DNA of 64,000 nt from Eledone cirrhosa (lineage: Eukaryota): contig OZ024741.1 of assembly GCA_964016885.1 (NCBI GenBank), forward strand, positions 134,230,001 to 134,294,000, read 5' to 3'. The notes below the pieces were generated by a model, which was not told where the DNA came from, made no database searches, and saw only the letters and a program-made list of their open reading frames with translations. How positions within the stretch are numbered: the first letter of the stretch is position 1; each line of letters starts with the position of its first letter. This document shows, piece after piece, positions 53,870 through 64,000 of this stretch. Both the position numbers and the translations under genes were made by a program.

Positions 53870-54590
53870 GATAATAATAATAATAATGAAATTATTGTGT
53901 ACAGTGCTTAAGTGCACTACAACTCGTCAAAGGGGCATGTATAGTACATAGAATAATGTACAAATGTCAGGGAAGTGAATAGTGCATGAGTCATGATATA
54001 CATGTGTGCGTGTGTATGGAGGTGGGATATCAGGTGTAGTGTTGGCGAATTTCAGGAAGCATGGGGGTTTTAACTGATGCAGGTAGTTTGTTCCATGCTT
54101 CAGCAGGTCTGAGCGTGAAAAAATGTTTCTGAAAGTCATTGGAACTGTGCTGTTTTCTGACTTTGTGGGCATGCCCACGTGTGTTAGACACATGCAAATC
54201 AAAAAGGTGCTCAGGGTTGTTGTTGGCAAGATGGTTAATAATTTTGTGGGTGTTTACCATGTCAGTTGCCAGACGTCGGAGCTTCAATGTATCCATGCAC
54301 AGGGAAGCAAGGCGTTCAGAGTATGGTAGATGCCTGATGGAGGGTATTCTCTTGGTTGCACGTCTCTGAAGAGTTTCCATGAGTTCAATGTTCTGAGCAA
54401 GATAGGGGTTCCAGACTGGTGATGTAAATTCTAAGTGTGGCCACACCATGGCTATATACAGCTTTAAATAGATAGCTGGAGAGCGGCTGACAAAGGTCTT
54501 GCTGAGTGATGCTAAGACACCCTCGGCCTTCTTGACAATTTTAGAGATATGCTTTGTCCAACGCAAATCGCTGCTGACAGTAATGCCCAG
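53870..54590 (-). mobile_element. CR1-clade LINE 3' end
   Basis: ORF 54030-54566 LYIAMVWPHLEF..PVWNP...QRRATK...YSERL...TRGH...WNKLP, with an (ATT)n tail at about 53870-53890. Confidence 0.9.
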
Positions 54591-54646
54591 ACCGTAACTG
54601 AATATTCTTATATAAAATCATGCTGGAAGCTTTTGTTATATATAGT

Positions 54647-54989
54647 CAGGGCCGGATTTAATGGGCGGGGGATAAATGAACAATTGCCCCGGATCCCCTG
54701 TAGTAGGGGCACCAGCAAGGGCCGTATCGGTTTATTCGTGCCCTCTGCTGGGCTCTTTAGTTTTAGGGTGGTTAGATTTTTTTTTTATTTAATACCTCAT
54801 TGTATAACTTTTCAATTCCAATTACTTGCGCCAAGCTCACTTTGATATGTAAAACTGGGTGGTTGCTGTGTATTCTACTTTTTTGTGTGTGAGGGGGCCC
54901 CTAAAGAATTGAAGTGCCCCGGGTCCGCCAAACCTGAAGTGCCCAACACCCCCCACCCCACCACCACCCCCGGTCTAAATCCAGCCCTG
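54647..54989. mobile_element. MITE-like element
   Basis: Terminal inverted repeats CAGGGCCGGATTTA / TAAATCCAGCCCTG. No clean TSD. Confidence 0.6.
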
Positions 54990-55153
54990 TATTATATAGT
55001 AACTATTTAATGTTTGGGAGGGGGGGGGGGTCGCAAAAACTATTTGATACCAAAAGAGTTAAGCTGAGAAATGTTTTAAAATTTGTATGTAAAATTAGGA
55101 AATTTTCTAGAGCTTTTAATTAATAAAGAAAAATTGTTACTTTTGTTTTTCAG

Positions 55154-55312
55154 GTGGAATTTTACCGAAATGAAGAATTCAAAAATAAAAATGGAGTCAC
55201 TAACTACAAATCTGGAATTAAATTAGATGGTGCTGAATTTAAGAAAATAGGATATTGTTCTGGCGTTAATATTCAACCTCAGTTCTTCCTCGGTGGAACC
55301 AAAGAAGACATT
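55154..55312 (+). CDS. Exon C, laminin G-like domain
   Basis: Acceptor ttttgttttttcag, donor gtatgt. VEFYRN...IKLDG...QFFLGGTKEDI carries the LamG xDG and FLGG motifs. Phase 0/0. Confidence 0.85.
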
Positions 55313-56003
55313 GTATGTGATTTTGTCGTTAATTTTTATGTTTTGTTAATTTTATACCTTGACATTAATTAATGGTTTCTGATATAGGCACAAGGCCAAC
55401 AATTTTAGGGGAGGGAAAAGTCAATTAAATTGATCCCAGTGCTAGACTTGTCAACTCTCCCCGTCCGACAGGAAGATCTCCCACCCACTTTGGGGTGGGT
55501 GAGAGATGTCTTCTCTTGCGAAAATGGGTATAGCTTTCATTATGCAAAATCTACTCGTTTTATGGAATTTTTTTTCCTGGTACTCACTGTTTGGGTTTTT
55601 AGAGGTTGGCAGGTCTGCAGTACGTTACTATTACTTTATTTTAACCCCTCAGCAGGGTTTGAACTCAGAACGTAAAGGGCCGTAACTCTATTGTGTAGCA
55701 TATTGTGCAACGCTCTACCGATACTGCCAATCCACCACCCTTTTGTTTGACATTTATTAATAAGAGTGTCTATTAATATCTGTTTTGTGGAATATATTGC
55801 CAGATCATCTTTTAAAGTTGTATTATATCTGATCTTAGGCGGTGAATTGGCAGAGTCATTAGAACATAGGATAAAATGGTTTGCAGTATTCCTTCAGGCT
55901 CTCTAAATTCTAAAATCAAATCCCACCAAGGTCAACTTTTCCTTTCATCTGTTCGAGATCAATAAATAAAGTACCTGCCCAATACTGAGATCAATTCTTC
56001 CTC

Positions 56004-56092
<89 letters not shown>

Positions 56093-56654
56093 AGGTGATT
56101 CAGTGAATACTGGTGTTGGTACAAAGCTAGCACTCTATACACAGGCAGGGTGTATATATTAGAAAAGAAAACGAGAAAGAGCAGATTGATAGTGGAGTTG
56201 GGTCCATATACTCCTATGGGTGACCTTGAGCCAATTCTCTGCAAAAAGTTGTAATAGGTCGATACACAATAAATATCATTTACATGTAAACAAAACTTCC
56301 TCATTTTTTTCTTGTATATATATATATATGTGGAAAAAAATTGGCTAAGTTAAGATCTGGAGGGGGATGAACTCTGCCAGGTTTACAAAGCCCAAGATGT
56401 CATGCCCATACATCTTCATCAGGAGTCATGGTCCAATGGAATTATATCTGATCATCTTAAAGTGATAGCCTTGAACTTGGCTAAAAGCTGAATATGGAAC
56501 CTTTATCTTTTACTAACTGGACCTGATGTTTTAATCTCTGGCCTATTATCCCAAACTGTAACAGAGTTGTCATTTTAATTTAACTTAAATACTAAATTTT
56601 AGCATTCTGTCTCCATATATTTCATGTCGTATATCAGTTCTGAGCTAATAAATG

Positions 56655-56701
<47 letters not shown>

Positions 56702-57089
56702 CAATAATAAGGGTGTCATGTCTAAATGTTCGACAAACACCATATCACCTGTAATGAAAACTCTAAGGAATAAATCTGAGCATTTATCATAAAATTAAAA
56801 AGCGATTGACATATACATAAATATATCAAACATTAACAGGAGATAATGTTTGATATATTTATGTATATGTCAATTGTTTTTTAATTTTATGTGCGTGTGT
56901 GTGTGTGGTTGTCTTTCATTTCTCTTTGGAAAACTATTTGTAATTATATATGGAGGGGGGGGTCTAGTTGTTGTTGTTCTTCTTGTAGTTGTTGCCTTCG
57001 TTGTTGTCTTTTTTATTCAATAAATAAAACTTAATTGTCAATCACCACATCAGAATAAACAAGAAACCACACAAATCAATATCTTTGAT

Positions 57090-57585
57090 TATATCATCTA
57101 GAAATTGATTGACATATATATATATATTTAAAATAAACGCATGCAACAATCACAGTGGATAATTTGTAAAGTGTGTAAACACACAAGCTAGGTAGGTAAC
57201 TAAATAAAGTTTAACTAGATCTTCAAATATTACTTTTAAGAAATGATTAATCCTCCTTGTATATATTTCATTAAAGAAATATATTTCACTAAAAATCTGC
57301 AAAATCACAGCAGTTAAATCCCAGATCATCAGCAAGGAGGAAGAAATAACTGTCTGTGTTTACGCATCAAATACAAATCTGCGAGAGACCCGTCGCACGT
57401 GCAGCAATTCTAAAACTACTAACAACATGCTAGCGAAAAGGGAATATTTGAAGATCTAGTTAAACTTTAATTAGTTACCTACCTAGCTGTGTGTGTTTAC
57501 ACACTTTACAAATTATCCCCTGTGATTGTTTCATCTGTTTATTTTAAATATATATATATATGTCAATGAATTTCTAGATGATATA
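57090..57585. repeat. Fold-back element (arms about 140 bp), related to the hairpin at 56788-56891
   Basis: 57090-57230 is the reverse complement of 57443-57585. Confidence 0.9.
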
Positions 57586-58823
57586 AAATGCTCGGATCTA
57601 TTCATTGGAATCTTTGAGCTTATTCTACAGTGGATATGGCGCATGTCTCGGATATGACTCCTTTAATTTAATCTATTTCGGATATATCTTTGATTATATT
57701 AATTATTCACTATTGCATTCAAAGTTCTTGCATAAAACTTCCAATGGTTTATATATTGATGGATCGATGTAGCAATTTTGAAGCATAGTAACTTCCTCAC
57801 CCATACATAATATTTATATTTAGTTGAGCACCCTTTAGTTGTGAGAAGGGTATGATGATTTACACAATAAAAGCACCCAATATATGCTGTAAAGTAGTTG
57901 ATGATAGAAAGGGCATCCAGCTGTAGAAAACTTGCCAAAAAAGGTGATGGGATGACCCTTCAGTTTGTGTCAAAATACACAACTTCTTTTCTACACTCGA
58001 TAGAATGTATGACCATATGTAAGCAGGATGCAGACCCCCTCAATCTGTCTGGGAGATCAGTAGCCCCACTTCAGTATTGACTTGGTCTATGTAGACCCAT
58101 CCAACCCTTGTTAGCAGGGAAAGTAGACATTAAATGATGATGATGATGATGATGATGATGTTTAAAGCTGGCATAGTAACCTCCTCAACCATACATAATA
58201 TGTATGTTCACATAGACACACATGTGTCTACATCTCTGAATATATATATACAAGTATGGAAAGGAATGGACCTTCTTTGGTTTCAATGATGAATGTTCCA
58301 GTTATTTGATCAATGGAACAGCCTGCTCATAAAGTTGATGTGTTAGTGACTGAGCATTCTACAGACTTATGTGCCTTTAATATAATTCTCAGAGATATTC
58401 CACTTGACACAGTATGTAAAAGGACTAAACCCTTTGAATTATAGGTATAGTCTATTTGACAGGCTTCTAAACATTTTCTTTCTACCCAATTTCACTCACA
58501 AAGCATATGTTGAGCTATGACAATGGTAATGACACTTGCCCAAGATACCACAAAGTGGAGTCGAACCTGGGACTTAATGATTGCAAAGCAAACTCCTTAA
58601 CCATTCAGCCATACTGCATCAACTTACAAGTATACAGATTTATGTATCTTCTTGACAAAAGGCAACTGTTAAATAATATTATTTTTATCTATTTTAGATA
58701 AATTTGCTAGATTTATTACATTTGTATAATTATTAACAAAGCAAAAACAATTATTTTTCAGTTTTCAGAGGCTTTGAAACTTAATGGGGAAATTAAAAAG
58801 TCTTTTCTTTTCTTTTCTTCTAG

Positions 58824-58946
58824 ACTACAGAGGTTCCAAAATTTAAAGGAAAAATTAAAAACTTTATTGAAGAGACAACTGGTCAAATATTTGAAAAAGC
58901 CACATTTCAGCAAGCTATACAATCTTGTGAAGAGCCAACTCAGTGA
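58824..58946 (+). CDS. Terminal exon D of the LamG protein gene
   Basis: Long polypyrimidine tract ending ctag. Phase 0 reading TTEVPKFKGKIKNFIEETTGQIFEKATFQQAIQSCEEPTQ*; FKGKIKNF sits where LamG has FxGCIxx. AATAAA at about 59219. Confidence 0.75.
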   Translation, partial: TTEVPKFKGKIKNFIEETTGQIFEKATFQQAIQSCEEPTQ

Positions 58947-59373
58947 GCAACCACTGGCAAAAATGGTGAAGAAAGGGAAAAATATTTTGTCTGAATAATA
59001 CATTTATCTCAATACAAAGAAAGGACGCCTAAGTTTTAATGATTCATAAAACAAACCATCATCTGTTTTCAAACAACATCTTTGTGATTCTTTCTTCTCT
59101 AATTAATACCATAACTTCACACTCCAGGTTAACACAGTTACATATTCATCTTTCAAGCATGCAAAACAGAGACACAATACCAGTCACATTGCCACATTTA
59201 ATAATTTGGCTCCGATAAAATAAATAATGATGATAATTTTGTATTTTGGTTAAAGGGAAACACACAAAAGTATTAATTCTTCAACACATACACATGCACA
59301 CATACCTAAACGTGTGTGAGTTTTTTTTATATATATGTGTGTATATATGAGTATATATATATGGGTGTATATA

Positions 59374-59404
<31 letters not shown>

Positions 59405-59456
59405 ACACACACATATATATATATATGCACAAATATATATACACATACACTCATAC

Positions 59457-59487
<31 letters not shown>

Positions 59488-60831
59488 GTGTGGACTGGGC
59501 ACTTTTGACGTGGTACCAAAATGACCACTTTACCATGTGGACTGGGTGACATATATATATAGTATATGCTACATGTATATTGGTTAACTGGCATTCAGAT
59601 TTTGCCAAACCAACACCTAATTCATCCATACATATATATGTGTGTTGTGTGTATGTTTCCTATTTTACCAGAAGTACATTTAATATTGTTTTTAGTTTTC
59701 TTTCACAATTGATATCTTATTTAGTTATTATGAAACTATTTTCTATAATATGGAAACATTCAGGGATCTCATTAGTTGTTTGAAGAAATTTATTTTCTTT
59801 CAGTTTTTTAATATTTCGAATTTTGAATGTTTTTTTTTTGTTTTGTTTTTTCTTCTATTATTTTATTTCACAGCTATAATACCTGAATACATAACAAGGG
59901 TTTACGGTCTTTTTTACCCTGCTAAATCAGGGGTTACCCTTAAAGTCCTCATGCCAGGCATCATACTGATCATGGTGTCCTTTTTGAAGCAATATCTTAC
60001 AGCCAAATGCCCTTTCTAGTTCCAACTCGTTTAGTCATCTTTTACAACACACAAGGATATGGTGTATCTATTCTAAACTGGATACACACAGTAGAGCTAA
60101 ACACTAAATATATTTTCATCAAAATTTAATTCAGTTTTAAGCTGGAATATGGCAGACTTGAATTTTGCTTCATTTTATTGTCAATTTAAGATTATCAATC
60201 TCCAAACTTCATCATAATTTGGAGGTATTTCAAACAAATATTGAATTTATTAGAGATGGAATTAAAGTCCATTTTCTAAATGTTCTCCTAGAAAAATAAT
60301 ATAAAGTCCAAACCCAACAAAACAGACTCTCTATCAGTTCTATGTTTCAAACTACAAATTCCTTTCAATATTAAAGTTTCAATTTGTTAAGAGTCAGGGA
60401 GTCCGTCTTACAGCTTTAGGTGCCTTAATTTTGACATACACTTCACTCACTTAACGTATGTATCCTGTTTTATAAATGTGTGTACCTATTTTTATATACA
60501 ACCAAACAGCTATACATACAAGCTAAAGCAGCTGTATATATTTGTAAACTCCTACGACATATACATACATGCATGCAGCACACACATGCACACAAATACA
60601 CACATACATATACATACATATGTGTATATATATATATATACATATAGGAATAAAATATTTGACTGTGAGCTCCTAAGGTTTCTGCTGAAACCATAGGTGC
60701 TCAGGGTGGAATATTTTCTACCTAAATATACCAACTCTGCTTAACACTGAAAACACTCCATATATATATATATATATATATATATGTTTATATATATATA
60801 TATATATACAAACATATATATATACACAACT

Positions 60832-60868
<37 letters not shown>

Positions 60869-60962
60869 TGCAGAGGTTATATTTAATTTGTTGGGATTCA
60901 ACAAGCTTAAAAATTTTATAACTGATATAAAGCACTCAACAATTTAGTGGAGTAAATATACA

Positions 60963-61277
60963 ATATATTAATAAATGGAAACTATATTTATAAAACCATA
61001 ATTATTTTATTATATATATTTCAAGGGCGACCAAGGTAAATTATGGTGCGCTTTCATCAGATAAAATACAGATTTGTTTTATAAATAAATATTGACATAC
61101 CCAGAAAAAAGACAACCTCAACCGTTGAGGTTGTCTTTTTTCCGGGTATGTCAACATTTATTTATAAAATAAATCTATATTTTATCTGATGAAAGCGCGC
61201 CATAATTTACCTTGGTCGCCTTTATATAATAAAATAATTATGGTTTTATAAATATAGTTTCCATTTATTAATATATC
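60963..61277. repeat. Fold-back element, axis about 61123
   Basis: Arms of about 155 bp, inside (TA)n. Confidence 0.92.
61003..61068 (-). ncRNA. Type I hammerhead ribozyme
   Basis: TATTTTAT-CTGATGA-AAGCGCACC...GGTCGCCCTT-GAAA-TATATA-TA^ATAAAATA. Perfect 8-bp stem I. Confidence 0.8.
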
Positions 61278-61668
61278 GTATATATATATATATATATTTT
61301 TTTTTATTTATATATATATACATACATTTATATATATTTATATATTTGTATATATATGTGAATATTTTTATATATATAAATATATGTATATATATATATA
61401 TATATATATGCATATATATATATATATATATATGCATATATATATATGCATATATATATATATATATATGCATATTTATATATATATATATATATATATG
61501 CATATATATATATATATGCATATTTATATGCATATATATATGCATATAGTAATTATAATAAAGGTGAAGACTAAAATCCGGAGAGGGCTTGAAAGAATCG
61601 CTGCTTTCATCCTTAACGGGATCTTCTGAAATTTTAATCTGTTATTTTAATTAATATATATATATATA

Positions 61669-61727
<59 letters not shown>

Positions 61728-61898
61728 ATATATATATATATATGTGTGTGTGTATACATACATAGGTGTGCTGAAGCTTTTGTATAAAACGTGTTTGCCA
61801 TAAATATTTATACATCTATATATATATATAAATCCTATATTTGCTCATGTTTAATTATATTTCACTTTTTATATAATCATTATTCTGTCTTACATTTT

Positions 61899-61937
<39 letters not shown>

Positions 61938-64000
61938 ATATATATATGTGTGTTTGTGTATGTATGTATATGTGTTTATATATGTATGTATATATATACA
62001 CAGACACACATATATATATATACCTTCAGTCTTTCTCTTTCTCTCTCTCTCCCTCTCTCTCTATATATATATGTGTGTGTGCGTGTGTGTATATATGTGT
62101 ATATATATGTATATATATATACACCCAGACATATATATATATACCTTCATCTCCATTTCTTTCCACCCAACTCTATCTAACATTGCCAACTCTCCATTTC
62201 ACCATATTCCATCTTATTTTGTTGGTTGTTGTTGTTTTTCTTTTTTCTTTATTTTCATCTCAGAGTTTTCATATTTTCTACAAAACTGGAAATGTTAGTC
62301 TGTCAAGTTAAGAGCAACAGAAACTGCTACACTGTGACACATCTCCATGACAACGTACCTTAGACAAACAAGTCACACAGGAGGAGCCACAGCCAAACTA
62401 AGTGAAGTAAAAGTTAGAACCCCAATGAGAATAATATGATAAATACTCAAGCCAATTTTTGGAAATTTTAACATCAGGTTATGGGCATATGATTGAATGG
62501 CTAGGATATTCTAAATCTTGGATACTAAGTACAGGGATAATATGATAGGGGTAGTCAATTACTTGGGTGTTGGTAAAATGTTTAAATAGCATATTATACT
62601 AGCTATAAGGTGGTAGATTGGCAGAATTGGTAGCGCATTAGATAAAATGCTATTGTGTTATTTGTTCTGGCTCTTAACATTTTGAGTTCAAAACTTGCCC
62701 AGGTCTACTTTGCAGGGTCAATAAAATAAAGTACTAGTGAAATAGTGGGGATGATTTATGGAAATTTGTCTTTCCCTTAAATTTGCTGGATTTGTGCCTA
62801 AATTATAAGAGATTATATTAAACCAGCTAGTAATATATATATAAGTATATAATAGATATATAAGTACATAATAGCTATATATATAATACATATATAAGTA
62901 TATAATACATATATAAGTATATAATAGATATATAAGTATACAATAGATAAATAAGTATAATATAGATAAATAAGTATAACATAGATATATAAATATATAA
63001 TTGATGTATATAAATATGATATATTTATAAGAATATAATAGTGTAGTCTATTGCGACATCTTGTTGATACCCGAGTAAAGAAATATAGACTATATATTAT
63101 ATTATACCAGCTGGTAATAGATATAGAAGCATATAATCATTATAGCCTATATATTTGGACAATTTTGGAGAGGGGTTTTAACACTTAAAATATGACATGT
63201 AACTAATCATTGAAATAAACTTTTAAATATATCCTAACATTGTTATTATTATTTGTTGTTGTTGCTTTTTATTTTGTTATTGATTTTATATTGAAAATCT
63301 TTTTATTTCCAATGATTTTTTCAACTCAAATTAATTATTGAAAAGTGGTGCAGGAGAAGGGGTTATGATTATGATGATGGTGGAGGGGGAGGAGGAGAGA
63401 GATGGGGTAGGGTGATGTGATAATTGTTTCTACTTTTGGTACAAGGCCACCAATTTGAAGGGAAGGGAGTAAAAGTCGATTAAACCGACACTTATGTAAG
63501 GACGAAAGGCAAAGATAACCTCAGCTGGATTTGAACACAGAATGTAAAAGTCCTAGTAATGCACTGGAGTCGATTTAATTGACTTTCCCCAGCCCTTTAA
63601 ATTGCTGGCCAATATTATCATGATAATGATGATTGTGATGATGATGATAGTGGTGGTGGTGGTAATGATGGTGATAGTGATGACGATGATGATGATAGTG
63701 ATGACAGTTCAACAGTAGATGTGTCATTACAAAATAGAAATGCCCATCCACCAAAAAAAATTTTTTTTCTCTGGAGAAATTTACAGTAATATAGAAATCT
63801 ATGTCGATATTTAGATTCTTGCAAATATATTGAACACATTTAAATAAGATAACTTCGGTACAAAAAAGTCAATTATCTTAATGTCACTTTGGAAAGATGA
63901 AAGGCAAAGTGGACTCCAGTGGGATTTGAACACACAGCAGTAATGTAATGAACTTTAGATGCCATAAACTATTTAGTATGGCATTTTACTATCGACACCA

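Noticed and set aside
56371-56426. Minus-strand CTGATGA-AGATG/CATCT motif
   Set aside because: GAAA and NUH are disrupted; at most a fossil.
58774-58998. Listed 74-aa ORF as the coding frame
   Set aside because: The frame set by the upstream phase-0 donor differs and gives the LamG-like ending.

Overview
This is AT-rich, repeat-dense animal genomic DNA, most likely from an octopus or other coleoid cephalopod. That is an inference from the tRNA-derived SINE families and the abundant (TA)n tracts. Most ORFs in the supplied track are microsatellite artefacts. One host gene can be reconstructed: four phase-compatible + strand exons (49319-58946) encoding a small protein with a single laminin-G (LamG)-like domain, whose first exon was not found. 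The rest is mobile DNA: R4/Dong, Tx1/L1-like, CR1 and RTE LINE pieces, two SINE families, non-autonomous Helitrons, a mariner fragment, MITE-like elements, a 48-bp minisatellite and four Penelope-like element (PLE) remnants. The main hidden signal is at the RNA level. About a dozen type I hammerhead ribozyme (HHR) motifs, intact or decayed, can be folded by eye. They lie in PLE pseudo-LTRs and in many short, ORF-less, mutually unrelated elements that mostly sit between (TA)n tracts and are often long fold-back palindromes. The motifs include core variants (U3-A8, C4), stem II regions of 60-85 nt, and copies whose palindrome axis is stem II itself. All ribozyme calls are manual folds, not tested activity.
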